This document shows positions 27,970 through 37,884 of a DNA stretch of 64,000 nucleotides, one piece after another. Position 1 is the stretch's first letter; the number at the start of each line of letters is the position of its first letter. Below the pieces are notes generated by a model. The model saw only the letters and a list, made by a program, of their open reading frames with translations, ran no database searches and had not been told where the DNA came from. Made by a program: the position numbers and the translations under genes. Origin of the DNA: an uncultured Pelagibacteraceae bacterium (GTDB taxonomy: Bacteria > Pseudomonadota > Alphaproteobacteria > Pelagibacterales > Pelagibacteraceae). The stretch covers positions 15,362-79,361 of the forward strand of contig CACHMJ010000003.1 in assembly GCA_902580895.1 (NCBI GenBank). Reading direction: 5' to 3'.

Positions 27970-29239
27970 TAGGTTTGAAAGGTCCCTCTACCCCTACACT
28001 GATATAATCTGCTTGATCTTTAGAAAGTTTAGTTAATTTAGCACCAACTTTTTTAAGATGAAGTGTAGCTACTTTCTCATCTAAATGTTTTGGTAAAACA
28101 TAAACTTTGTTTTCATAATTTTTATAATTATTCCATAGTTCTATTTGAGCAATAACTTGATTTGTGAAAGAAGCGCTCATTACAAAACTTGGATGCCCTG
28201 TAGCACAACCCAAATTTACTAATCTACCCTCTGCCAATAAAATTATTCTTTTTTTGCTAGGTAGTTCAATTTCATGTACTTGGGGTTTTACTTCAGTCCA
28301 TTTGTAATTTTTCAAAGCTTCAACCTGAATTTCATTATCGAAATGTCCGATATTACATAAGATTGCTCTATCCTTCATATCTCTCATATGGTCAGCTGTA
28401 ACAATATCTTTATTACCAGTCGCAGTTACAACTATATCTGCTTTACTAATTGCTTCATCCATTAAGACAACTTCGTAACCTTCCATTGCAGCTTGCAATG
28501 CGCATATTGGATCTGCTTCGGTAACCAACACACGAGCCCCACTCTGCCTTAATGATGCAGCACTTCCTTTCCCAACATCACCAAAGCCTGCAACAATTGC
28601 AATTTTTCCTGACATCATTACATCAGTGGCTCTTCTTATTCCATCAACTAAACTTTCTCTACACCCATATAAGTTATCAAATTTTGATTTGGTAACAGAA
28701 TCATTTACATTTATTGCTGGAACTAACAAAGAATTTTCTTTTTCCATTTTATTCAAAGCTTTTATCCCTGTAGTTGTTTCTTCCGAAACTCCTTTAACAT
28801 CTTTTAATAAATCTTTATATTCATTGTGCATCATTGCCGTTAAATCCCCACCATCATCTAAAAGCATATTAGGTTTCCAACTTTTCTTGCCTTCAATGGT
28901 TTGTTTTATACACCAAACATATTCCTCCTCTGTTTCTCCCTTCCACGCATAAACTGGAATACCAGCTTTTGCTATTGCTGCTGCTGCATGGTCTTGAGTA
29001 GAAAAAATGTTACAAGATGACCATCTTACTTCTGCACCTAAGTCTACTAAGGTTTCAATTAATACTGCTGTTTGTATTGTCATATGCAAACAACCTATAA
29101 TTTTTGCACCTTTTAAAGGAGATTTTCCAGCATACTCCTCCCTTAAAGCCATAAGTCCTGGCATTTCACTTTCAGCAATCGAAATTTCTTTTCGTCCAAA
29201 TTCTGCTTCTGATAAATCTCTTACTTTATAATCTTCCAT
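27953..29239 (-). CDS. ahcY: S-adenosylhomocysteine hydrolase
   Basis: [27 protein letters not shown] and GHPSFVMS. Confidence 0.97.
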   Translation of the reverse strand: MEDYKVRDLSEAEFGRKEISIAESEMPGLMALREEYAGKSPLKGAKIIGCLHMTIQTAVLIETLVDLGAEVRWSSCNIFSTQDHAAAAIAKAGIPVYAWKGETEEEYVWCIKQTIEGKKSWKPNMLLDDGGDLTAMMHNEYKDLLKDVKGVSEETTTGIKALNKMEKENSLLVPAINVNDSVTKSKFDNLYGCRESLVDGIRRATDVMMSGKIAIVAGFGDVGKGSAASLRQSGARVLVTEADPICALQAAMEGYEVVLMDEAISKADIVVTATGNKDIVTADHMRDMKDRAILCNIGHFDNEIQVEALKNYKWTEVKPQVHEIELPSKKRIILLAEGRLVNLGCATGHPSFVMSASFTNQVIAQIELWNNYKNYENKVYVLPKHLDEKVATLHLKKVGAKLTKLSKDQADYISVGVEGPFKPNAYRY

Positions 29240-29246
29240 CGTGGCT

Positions 29247-29275
29247 CTTCTAACAATTAAAAATTAATTAATCAA
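29247..29275 (-). promoter_or_regulatory. Candidate leaderless sigma70 promoter of ahcY
   Basis: Minus strand reads TTGATT-N17(ending TGt)-TAGAAG, then 7 nt, then ATG; no SD. Confidence 0.4.
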
Positions 29276-29284
29276 TAAAACTCT

Positions 29285-30826
29285 TCAAACTTTTGGAAAT
29301 TCTATTTCCATACTCGCTCCTTTTTTATCTTGTCTATTAGTTGCTTTGATTGTGGCATTATGTAAATCAACTAAATTTTTTACTATATTTAACCCTAAAC
29401 CAGAATGCTGTCCAAATTTATCTGGTCTGTTACTGTAGAATCTTTTAAATATTTTATTCGTGTCTTTTTCTTTAAAACCCTGTCCCTCATCTAATATCTT
29501 TATGTATACTTTATTATCCTCTGATTTCGAAACTTGCACAATTACATCTTTATTATCATCACTAAAAGAAATCGCATTATCTAAAAGGTTTGCAATGATT
29601 TGTTCAATTCTGTTTTCGATTCCATAAATTAAATATTTATTTTTACCATCATTTTTATAAGAAATATTAATCCCTCTTTTTACTTTATAAATATTATTAA
29701 AATCATCTACTACTGACTTAATTATTGGCTCAATATCTATTTTTTTTATTTTTTCTTTACTTAATGCAACTTCATCTTTTAACATTTGTGAGTAATCAGT
29801 AATCAATCTTTCAATTCTTTGTACATCGTGGCTTAAAATATTAATCAATTTAAGTCTCTGTTCAGTGTCTTGTGCATCATGTAAAATTTCTGATGCGCTT
29901 TTTAATGATGCCAATGGATTACGAATTTCATGTACAAGATCAGTCGAAAAATTTTCTGCATGTGAAATTCTTTTTTGTAATTCTAAAGTCATATCATCCA
30001 AAGAATTAGAGAGTAAACCAAGTTCATCATTTCTTAATTTTAATGTGTCTATATTTGTTTTTTTTGTGTCTTTATTTTTTATGATTTTGGTATAACTGAC
30101 TAAATTTTTAATTGGTTTTAAAAAATATCTATTTAAAACAAACGAAAAAATCAATATTACGATACCAACTGCAATTGCAGTCCTAATTACAAAAGTTTTT
30201 CTTTCATCTATGGCAGCTTTTATATCATTGGCATTTTCTGTTATTGCTAAATATCCTATATTTTCTCCATCCTTCATCACGTTTTTGATGGTAGTCAATT
30301 TAAATTTGTTAAATTCTTCCTCGGTAAATGTAAAAGGGATTCCAAAATTTTTAGACGTTGCGTAATTTAAAAGAACATCATTTAAAGACAAATTATTTTC
30401 ATTTCCAATATCTATATTTTTTTCTTCAGTGATTTTTTTTGTTGTTGTTGAGTCCAACACCTCTAACTCAATAGTATCCAACCTTTGTGAAAATGATCTT
30501 GGATCTAAGTCTAATGTATCAGTGTCTCCTATTAGATTAAGTTTATTATCAAAAAATATTACTCTATCTAAGTTTTGAAAGAGAAATCTTGTTGAAAACA
30601 AAAATTTTCTAATATCTTTTTCAACAAATTTTACATTTAATCTTGTTAGATTATCAATTGTATTATTGATAACCTCAATATGATTTGAGGATTTTTTTTT
30701 AATTAAATTTGGTTGGACATTTTTCAAATAAACGAATGTGAACAGGCCTATTATTGTGAAAAAAATAGAATTTATGAATAAAAATTTTTTTAAAATTGAT
30801 AAGTTCTTAAGAAAATTGCTGAGCAT
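29285..30826 (-). CDS. chvG: Sensor histidine kinase ChvG
   Basis: 2 TM, HAMP, HEIRNPL, NLLDNA, DEGQG and SGLGL; TGATG-coupled to chvI. Confidence 0.85.
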   Translation of the reverse strand: MLSNFLKNLSILKKFLFINSIFFTIIGLFTFVYLKNVQPNLIKKKSSNHIEVINNTIDNLTRLNVKFVEKDIRKFLFSTRFLFQNLDRVIFFDNKLNLIGDTDTLDLDPRSFSQRLDTIELEVLDSTTTKKITEEKNIDIGNENNLSLNDVLLNYATSKNFGIPFTFTEEEFNKFKLTTIKNVMKDGENIGYLAITENANDIKAAIDERKTFVIRTAIAVGIVILIFSFVLNRYFLKPIKNLVSYTKIIKNKDTKKTNIDTLKLRNDELGLLSNSLDDMTLELQKRISHAENFSTDLVHEIRNPLASLKSASEILHDAQDTEQRLKLINILSHDVQRIERLITDYSQMLKDEVALSKEKIKKIDIEPIIKSVVDDFNNIYKVKRGINISYKNDGKNKYLIYGIENRIEQIIANLLDNAISFSDDNKDVIVQVSKSEDNKVYIKILDEGQGFKEKDTNKIFKRFYSNRPDKFGQHSGLGLNIVKNLVDLHNATIKATNRQDKKGASMEIEFPKV

Positions 30827-31533
30827 CAACTAACATTCCATCTATATCCGCTTCCATATCTAGTTTCTATAGCTGAAAATTCAGGATCAACTTTTTTGAA
30901 TTTTTTTCTGATTCTTTTAACGTGACTATCAATTGTTCTATCCTCAATATCTGTATCTTCTCTATAAGCTATGTCCATCAATTGAGCTCTCTCTTTTATA
31001 ATCCCTGGTCTTTTAGCTAGCTCTTTTACAAGTAAAAATTCTGTGGTAGTCAATTTATCAGGCAATTGTTTCCCATTCCATTCGCACTCTAATTGGGACG
31101 GATCAAGTTTTAATTTTCCATGCGATATAATACTTTTATTTTCCTCAAGAGTTTCTTTGGAATCTTTTTTTCTAAGTTGAACTCTAATTCTTTCAATTAA
31201 AACTTTAATTGAAAAACCACCTGATTTTTTTACGAAATCATCAGCACCTAATTTTAGTCCCAGTAATTCGTCAATTTCATCATCTTTGGAAGTCAAAAAA
31301 ATAACTGGCAATGAGGTTTTTTTTCTCAATTTCTTGAGCAATTCCTCACCGTCCATTTTTGGCATTTTTATATCAACAATAGCTAGATCTGGCGGTGTCC
31401 TGGTTAATCCAATTAATGCACTCTCTCCATCAATGTAAGTCTGAACTTTAAACCCTTCTTTTTCAAGAGCAATACTTAAGCTGGTTAGAATATTTCTGTC
31501 ATCATCTACTAAGGCAATTGTTTGTTTTTGCAT
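30826..31533 (-). CDS. chvI: OmpR-family response regulator ChvI
   Basis: VDDDRNILTS, DIKMP, TSKDDEIDE and TIDSHVKR.RKKF. Confidence 0.92.
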   Translation of the reverse strand: MQKQTIALVDDDRNILTSLSIALEKEGFKVQTYIDGESALIGLTRTPPDLAIVDIKMPKMDGEELLKKLRKKTSLPVIFLTSKDDEIDELLGLKLGADDFVKKSGGFSIKVLIERIRVQLRKKDSKETLEENKSIISHGKLKLDPSQLECEWNGKQLPDKLTTTEFLLVKELAKRPGIIKERAQLMDIAYREDTDIEDRTIDSHVKRIRKKFKKVDPEFSAIETRYGSGYRWNVS

Positions 31534-31578
31534 ACTTAATTATAAAAATACTAAATTGTTCTAATTTGGGCAAATAAA

Positions 31579-34353
31579 TTAATGTAATGTACCCCAATTT
31601 TCTCCAATGTTTAAATCTACTGTGAGAGGTATTGAGAAAGAATGTTGATCACTTTCAGCAACGCTAGACATTTCTTCAATTATCACTTTGGATATTTTTT
31701 TTACTTCATTTTTGGGACTTTCAAAAATTAGTTCATCATGGATTTGAAGTAACATCTTTGTTTTGTTGAGTTTTTGCTCTTTTAATTTTTTATCAATTCT
31801 TATCATTGCCAATCTCATTATTTCAGCAGCCGACCCTTGTATTGGAGCATTAATTGCTGCACGTTCTTGAAAGTTTCTCACATTATAATTTTTATCATTT
31901 ATATTAATAAAATGAGATCTTCTTCCAAAAATATTACTTACATAACCACTTTTTCTACAAAATTTAATTGTTCGATCCATATAAACTTTTATTTCGGGGA
32001 ACTTTGAGAAATATGAATTTAGAAACTCTTCAGCTTCAAAATTAGAGACATTTATTTGCTTTGCTAATCCATACTGAGAAATTCCGTAAATTATTCCAAA
32101 GTTTATGGCTTTAGCCTTTCTTCTTTGGTCTTGATTCACTTTATTAATATCAATATTAAAAATTTGGCTAGCCGTTAAAGAGTGTATATCCTCATTATTT
32201 TTAAAAGCTTTTTTTAATTCTTTAACATCAGCCAAATCAGCTAAAATTCTCATTTCAATTTGATTATAGTCTGCGGAAATCAAAATATTATCCTTGTCAG
32301 CAACAAAAGCTTTACGAATATCTCTGCCATCTTCTGATTTAATTGGAATATTTTGTAAGTTAGGATCACTTGAAGCTAATCGTCCTGTAGTCGTTGCTGC
32401 TAATAAAAAAGAAGTATGAACTTTTTTTGTATCAGGATTAATATGTTCGGGTAATGAGTCTGAATAGGTATTTTTTAGTTTTGAAACTTGTCGCCAGTCC
32501 AGGACTAATTGTGGAAATTTATGACCTTTAAAAGCGAGATCCTCTAATACTGAGGCACTTGTTGCAAAACTTCCCTTTTTAGTTTTTTTTAAGTCTGCAA
32601 TCTTAAGATCATTATATAAAATTTCACCCAGTTGTTTTGGAGAAGCAATATTAAACTCTTTCCTGGAGAGTTTAAAAACTTCTTTCTGAATTTTTTCAAT
32701 CTTTTTTTCAAATTTGGTAGATAAGGTTTTGAGAAACTTTTTATCAACTTTAATACCGTGTATTTCCATATCAGCTAAAATTCTAAGTAATGGCTTTTCA
32801 AAAATTTCATAAATATTAATCATTTTTTCTTCTTTCAAACTTTTATAGAATTTTTTATATAGTCTATAAGTTATGTCAGCGTCTTCAGCGGCATAATCTT
32901 TTGCTTTTTCTAGATCGACTTCACTAAAATTTATCTGTTTCTTTCCAGAACCAACTAATTCTTTGAATTTTATCGTTTTATGACTCAGGTGAATTTCAGA
33001 TAACGTATCCATATTGTGTCTATTTTTTCCAGCATCAAGCACATAAGACATAAGCATGGTATCCTCCATCGCTGATAGCGTTATCCCATGATTAAAAAAT
33101 ACAATAAAATCAAATTTAATGTTCTGACCTATTTTTTTGATACTTGGATCTTCAAGTAAAGGTTTTAATTTTTTAAGTACTATGTCTTTATCAATGCACT
33201 TATTTGAATTATGTCCTATTGGTATATAACAAGCTTTTCCAATCTTAGAGCTCAAAGATACTCCAACTAAATCAGCTTGATGAGGATCTAAAGAATTTGT
33301 TTCTGTATCAACTGCAACTTCTCCTATTTCTTCAGCCTCCTTAATCCATTCATCAATTTTACTGTGCTCTGTTATTAGAAAATAATTTTTTTTATCAATT
33401 TCAACTTTTTTTTCCTTTAATTGAATATCTTTTTTTTCACCACTAAAATCTGGCTCCCCATAAGCAGAAATAGCAGAGCTAAGTAACCTATTAAACTCCA
33501 TTTCTCTTAGAAATTTATAAAGTTTATCTTTATCAATTCTTTTTAATTCAAAATCATTGAGTTTCATTTTAATTGGAGCATCGTGCTTTAATGTTACTAA
33601 TTTTTTACTTATTAAAGCTTTATCTTTGTTGTTTAGTAAAGTCTCTCTTCTCTTATTTTGTTTGATTTCATCTGCTGATCTTAAAAGAGTCTCTAAATCA
33701 CCATACTTATTAATTAATTCTGCTGCAGTTTTTACACCAATTCCAGGAACACCAGGAACGTTATCACTGCTATCCCCAGCTAGAGCCTGAACATCTATAA
33801 CTTTATCTGGGTCTACTCCAAATTTGTTTTTTACATCCTCATTAGAGATGAACTTATTTTTCATTGGATCAAAAATACGAACATCTTTTCTATATAATTG
33901 CATTAAATCTTTATCCGATGAAACTATTGTTACCTTTGCTCCTTTTTTTAAAATCTGATCAACATAAGTTGCAATTAAATCGTCTGCTTCATAATTAACT
34001 AATTCAACGGAGGGTAAATTAAAGGCTAAAACTGATTTTCTTATATATTCAAATTGTGGTGCTAAGTCATCTGGTGCCTCAGATCGATTAGCTTTGTAAT
34101 CACTATAGATTTCATTTCTAAAAGTCTTTCTCGCTGAGTCAAAAATAACTGCAAAATGAGTTGGTTTCTGAAGATTTTCATTTGATTTTGAGTCTTCAAG
34201 AAGTTTAAACAACATACTGCAAAAACCACTTACTGCTCCAGTCGGTAATCCATCACTTTTTCGAGTTAATGGTGGTAAGGCATAATATGCTCTAAATATA
34301 TAACCTGATCCATCAATAAGATAAAAATGATCTGTTTTTTGAATCTTATTCAT
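31579..34353 (-). CDS. polA: DNA polymerase I
   Basis: 5'-3' exonuclease (DGS..FRA, EADD), 3'-5' exonuclease (DTET), polymerase motifs DYNQIEMR, KAINFG and QIHDEL. Confidence 0.97.
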   Translation of the reverse strand: MNKIQKTDHFYLIDGSGYIFRAYYALPPLTRKSDGLPTGAVSGFCSMLFKLLEDSKSNENLQKPTHFAVIFDSARKTFRNEIYSDYKANRSEAPDDLAPQFEYIRKSVLAFNLPSVELVNYEADDLIATYVDQILKKGAKVTIVSSDKDLMQLYRKDVRIFDPMKNKFISNEDVKNKFGVDPDKVIDVQALAGDSSDNVPGVPGIGVKTAAELINKYGDLETLLRSADEIKQNKRRETLLNNKDKALISKKLVTLKHDAPIKMKLNDFELKRIDKDKLYKFLREMEFNRLLSSAISAYGEPDFSGEKKDIQLKEKKVEIDKKNYFLITEHSKIDEWIKEAEEIGEVAVDTETNSLDPHQADLVGVSLSSKIGKACYIPIGHNSNKCIDKDIVLKKLKPLLEDPSIKKIGQNIKFDFIVFFNHGITLSAMEDTMLMSYVLDAGKNRHNMDTLSEIHLSHKTIKFKELVGSGKKQINFSEVDLEKAKDYAAEDADITYRLYKKFYKSLKEEKMINIYEIFEKPLLRILADMEIHGIKVDKKFLKTLSTKFEKKIEKIQKEVFKLSRKEFNIASPKQLGEILYNDLKIADLKKTKKGSFATSASVLEDLAFKGHKFPQLVLDWRQVSKLKNTYSDSLPEHINPDTKKVHTSFLLAATTTGRLASSDPNLQNIPIKSEDGRDIRKAFVADKDNILISADYNQIEMRILADLADVKELKKAFKNNEDIHSLTASQIFNIDINKVNQDQRRKAKAINFGIIYGISQYGLAKQINVSNFEAEEFLNSYFSKFPEIKVYMDRTIKFCRKSGYVSNIFGRRSHFININDKNYNVRNFQERAAINAPIQGSAAEIMRLAMIRIDKKLKEQKLNKTKMLLQIHDELIFESPKNEVKKISKVIIEEMSSVAESDQHSFSIPLTVDLNIGENWGTLH

Positions 34354-34399
34354 TAAAATTTAATATAGATTAAAGATAAAAATAAGAGTATTATTTTTT

Positions 34400-34951
34400 A
34401 TGGAACTTATAAAGCAAAATACTCAAAACCAGCTTATAAAATCATTATTGGTTATCTTTATAGGTTCAATAATTCTTACAATTTCCGCCAAAATCAAGAT
34501 ACCTTTTTATCCAGTTCCAATGACTATGCAAACATTCGTAGTTTTATTTTTAGGTATCAGCTTCGGATATAAAATAGCTCTAGCCACTGTGGGTTTGTAC
34601 TTATTGGAAGGTATATTGGGTTTACCAGTATTTTCTAATTCTCCTGAAAGAGGAATTGGTTTGGCTTATTTTACAGGTCCAACAATGGGGTATTTAATTG
34701 GATTTCTATCAGCGTGTTTTTTAGCCTCATTCATAAAAAATGATGATAATTATTTTTTAATTTTTTTTAAATTAATATTTTCAGTTTCAACAATTTATAT
34801 CCTAGGTATTCTATGGCTAGGCACATTAATTGGGTGGGATAAACCTATTTTAAAATTAGGTGTATTACCTTTTTTAGTTGCAGAAATTTTTAAAATCTGT
34901 CTACTTACTTTTTTAGCAAAGAAAATTATAAAATTTAGAAAATTTATTTAG
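34400..34951 (+). CDS. bioY: Biotin transporter BioY
   Basis: PVPMTMQT, GLPVF and GPTMGYLIGF. Confidence 0.9.
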   Translation: MELIKQNTQNQLIKSLLVIFIGSIILTISAKIKIPFYPVPMTMQTFVVLFLGISFGYKIALATVGLYLLEGILGLPVFSNSPERGIGLAYFTGPTMGYLIGFLSACFLASFIKNDDNYFLIFFKLIFSVSTIYILGILWLGTLIGWDKPILKLGVLPFLVAEIFKICLLTFLAKKIIKFRKFI

Positions 34952-35507
34952 GCGATCTTTTAGATAATATTCTTTGAAGAGTTCTTCTGTGCATTTTAAG
35001 TCTTCTTGCAGTCTCAGAAACATTTCTATTACATAATTCAAATACTCTATGAATATGTTCCCATTTTACCCTATCTGCTGACATTGGATTTTCAGGTGGT
35101 GCAGCTTTTTTTGACGGATCTGCTAATAACGCTTTTTCTACATCGTCTGCATCTGCTGGTTTAGCTAAATAGTCAATAGCACCCTCTTTGATTGCAGCCA
35201 CAGCAGTTGGAATATTTCCGTATCCAGTTAACATTATAATTCGACTTAGTGAGTTTGATGATTGAATTTCTTTAACAACTTCTAAGCCATTTCCATCATT
35301 CAACCTAAGATCAACAACTGCAAAACCTGGTTTTTTCACTTTAACCATGTCTTTCCCTTTTTGCACACTCTCAGCTTGTAAGACTTCAAACCCCTTCTTT
35401 TCCATCGCTCTAGCTAATCTCTCCCTAAAAGGATTGTCATCATCCACAATTAATAAGGATTTATTGTCAAAATCAGCCAGATTTTGTAATGGAGCTTGGT
35501 TTTTCAT
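34944..35507 (-). CDS. regA: RegA/PrrA/ActR response regulator
   Basis: PPENPMSADRVKWEHI..V...NVSETARRL.MHRRTLQRIL.KRSP signature; likely start is ATG 35507. Confidence 0.93.
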   Translation of the reverse strand: MKNQAPLQNLADFDNKSLLIVDDDNPFRERLARAMEKKGFEVLQAESVQKGKDMVKVKKPGFAVVDLRLNDGNGLEVVKEIQSSNSLSRIIMLTGYGNIPTAVAAIKEGAIDYLAKPADADDVEKALLADPSKKAAPPENPMSADRVKWEHIHRVFELCNRNVSETARRLKMHRRTLQRILSKRSPK

Positions 35508-35561
35508 AAGCCTCATATGGACATTTTTTTCCACAATTCAATAGGCCATTATTTGCTTTAC

Positions 35562-35579
35562 ATTGAATAACTATTCAAT
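35562..35579. promoter_or_regulatory. 18-bp palindromic operator candidate (ARG-box-like)
   Basis: ATTGAATA-AC-TATTCAAT with perfect 8-bp arms, between divergent regA and the polyamine operon. Confidence 0.55.
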
Positions 35580-35653
35580 TAATTGCTCGATTATTAAAGT
35601 TTTTTAAATAAAAGACTTTTTTTTTGTTAAATTTTTTTTGGGGGGCATTTGGA

Positions 35654-36838
35654 ATGCAAAAATTTAAGTCGGTTGAAGAATTAGTTAATCAGCTGAAACC
35701 GGAAAAACCTGTCTATTGTATTAGGAAGAATTCTATTCTTTCCGCATCAAAATTTTTTCAAAAAAAGTTCCCAGGTAAAATACTATACGCTGTAAAAACC
35801 AATCCTCATGCTGAAGTTATCAAAACTTTGATTAAAAGTGGAATCAATCAATTTGATGTTGCATCTATCGAAGAAATCAAAGCAGTTAGGAAATTTGATA
35901 ATACTGCAAAATGTTCTTTTATGCATACAGTCAAAAGCAGGGAAAGTATTAAAGAGGCATATTTTAATTTTGGAATAAAAACTTTCGCTTTAGATACCAA
36001 AGATGAATTAATAAAAATTATCGAGACAACAGACAATGCTAAAGATTTAGAATTATTTATTAGAGTTGCTGTTTCCAATGAACATGCTGAAATAGATTTA
36101 TCAAAAAAATTCGGTGCTTTGAGTTCTGAAGCCTCAGGACTATTAAGACTTGCAAAACTTCATTCAAAAAAAATTGGCTTAGGTTTTCATGTTGGTTCCC
36201 AATGTATGCATCCAATTTCATACTCTAAAGGAATCAGTGAAATGGGAAATATAATTAAAAAAACAAAAATAATTCCAGATTACATCAATATAGGTGGGGG
36301 CTTCCCAACAATTTATCCTGATCTTGTGCCTCTTTCTTTAGAAAGTTATATGGAGGAAATTAAAAAAAGTTTAGAAAATTTAAATTTAAAGAATATGCCT
36401 CAAATAATTTGTGAACCTGGAAGAGCTTTGGTTGCAGAAAGTGGATCAACAATTGTAAGAGTTAATTTAAGAAAAAAACAAAAACTTTATATTAATGATG
36501 GTACTTACGGCACACTTTTTGATGCTGGAACACCTAATATAGTTTTTCCATCAAAATTAATTAAAGAAAATTCAAGTAAGATTATTTCAAAGAAAATGAC
36601 TGCTTTTGATTTTTATGGACCAACATGTGACAGTATGGATTATATGAAAGGTCCTTTCCTGCTTCCAAATAATATTAAAGAAAATGACTATATTGAACTC
36701 GGTCAACTAGGATCTTATGGTTTAACTTTTAGAACTCAATTTAATGGTTATTATTCTGATGAGATTTATGAGGTTGAGGATAAACCAATAATGTCTATGT
36801 ATGATAAGAATTCAGACAAAGCTACTCTAGTCGCTTAA
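35654..36838 (+). CDS. Alanine-racemase-fold PLP decarboxylase (ODC-like; possibly arginine-specific)
   Basis: YAVKTN (PLP Lys), HVGSQ, IGGGF, EPGR and GPTCDSMD; ATG 35654 follows GGGGG. Confidence 0.88.
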   Translation: MQKFKSVEELVNQLKPEKPVYCIRKNSILSASKFFQKKFPGKILYAVKTNPHAEVIKTLIKSGINQFDVASIEEIKAVRKFDNTAKCSFMHTVKSRESIKEAYFNFGIKTFALDTKDELIKIIETTDNAKDLELFIRVAVSNEHAEIDLSKKFGALSSEASGLLRLAKLHSKKIGLGFHVGSQCMHPISYSKGISEMGNIIKKTKIIPDYINIGGGFPTIYPDLVPLSLESYMEEIKKSLENLNLKNMPQIICEPGRALVAESGSTIVRVNLRKKQKLYINDGTYGTLFDAGTPNIVFPSKLIKENSSKIISKKMTAFDFYGPTCDSMDYMKGPFLLPNNIKENDYIELGQLGSYGLTFRTQFNGYYSDEIYEVEDKPIMSMYDKNSDKATLVA

Positions 36839-37881
36839 TGTCAGAAAATAAAAATCTTGGTCACAACAGTAAAAAAGATTTCTTAAAAAAGCCTGTAGAA
36901 CATATTGATATTACATCATTCGACTCAAGAAAAATTATCTCTTCCATGGAAAAAATGTCTTTTGTCTCAAGAGAAACGGCAAACGCAGCCAATATTTATA
37001 ATGAAATGTTGAAAGACAAAGAGTGTACAATTTTTTTAACATTAGCAGGTTCAACATCCGCTGCAGGATGTATGAATATTTATAAAGATTTAGTTAAATA
37101 TAATATGGTTGATGCAATAGTAGCGACTGGCGCTTCAATAATTGATATGGATTTTTTTGAAGCCCTTGGTTTTAAACACTATCAAGGGTCTCAATTCCAA
37201 GATGATACTGAATTAAGAAAAAATTATATCGATAGAATTTACGACACGTACATAGATGAAGATGAGTTACAGATTTGTGATAAAAAAATATGTGAAATTG
37301 CGGATACCTTAGAACCTAGAAGCTATACATCAAGAGAATTTATTAAAGAGATGGGTAAATATTTAAAAAAAAATTCTATAAAAAAAGACTCTTTGATTGA
37401 AACAGCATACGAAAATGATGTTCCAATTTTTTGCCCAGCTTTCACCGACTCCAGTGCTGGATTTGGTTTAGTTATACATCAAGAAAAAAATCCAAAAAAA
37501 CATATGACTATTGACTCTATAAGAGAATTTAGAGAATTGACTGAAATTAAAATACGCTCGAAAGGGTCAGGTTTATTTATGATTGGTGGTGGTGTTCCAA
37601 AAAATTTTATTCAGGACACCGTAATTTGTGCTGAATTATTGGGTAAGGAAGTTGACATGCATAAATATGCTGTACAAATCACAGTTGCTGATTCTAGAGA
37701 CGGCGCATGTAGTAGTTCAACATTAAAGGAGGCAAGTTCATGGGGTAAAGTTGATGTTACAAAAGAACAAATGGTATTTGCAGAAGCCACTAGTGTACTT
37801 CCTCTGATAGCTAGCGACGCTTATCACAGAGGTGAGTGGAAAAATAGGGATAAGAAAAAATTCACAAAAATTTTTGAGTAA
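36838..37881 (+). CDS. Deoxyhypusine-synthase-like protein (homospermidine-type polyamine synthesis)
   Basis: DRIYD, PAFTDS, GGGVPKN, and EASSWGK with the catalytic Lys. Confidence 0.88.
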   Translation: MSENKNLGHNSKKDFLKKPVEHIDITSFDSRKIISSMEKMSFVSRETANAANIYNEMLKDKECTIFLTLAGSTSAAGCMNIYKDLVKYNMVDAIVATGASIIDMDFFEALGFKHYQGSQFQDDTELRKNYIDRIYDTYIDEDELQICDKKICEIADTLEPRSYTSREFIKEMGKYLKKNSIKKDSLIETAYENDVPIFCPAFTDSSAGFGLVIHQEKNPKKHMTIDSIREFRELTEIKIRSKGSGLFMIGGGVPKNFIQDTVICAELLGKEVDMHKYAVQITVADSRDGACSSSTLKEASSWGKVDVTKEQMVFAEATSVLPLIASDAYHRGEWKNRDKKKFTKIFE

Positions 37882-37884
37882 AAA

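Noticed and set aside
29240-29284. Possible SAH riboswitch before ahcY
   Set aside because: Only 45 AT-rich bp with no aptamer motif.
36838-37881. True eIF5A/EF-P hypusination system
   Set aside because: No efp or eIF5A gene is adjacent; the decarboxylase and ureohydrolase context favours polyamine synthesis.
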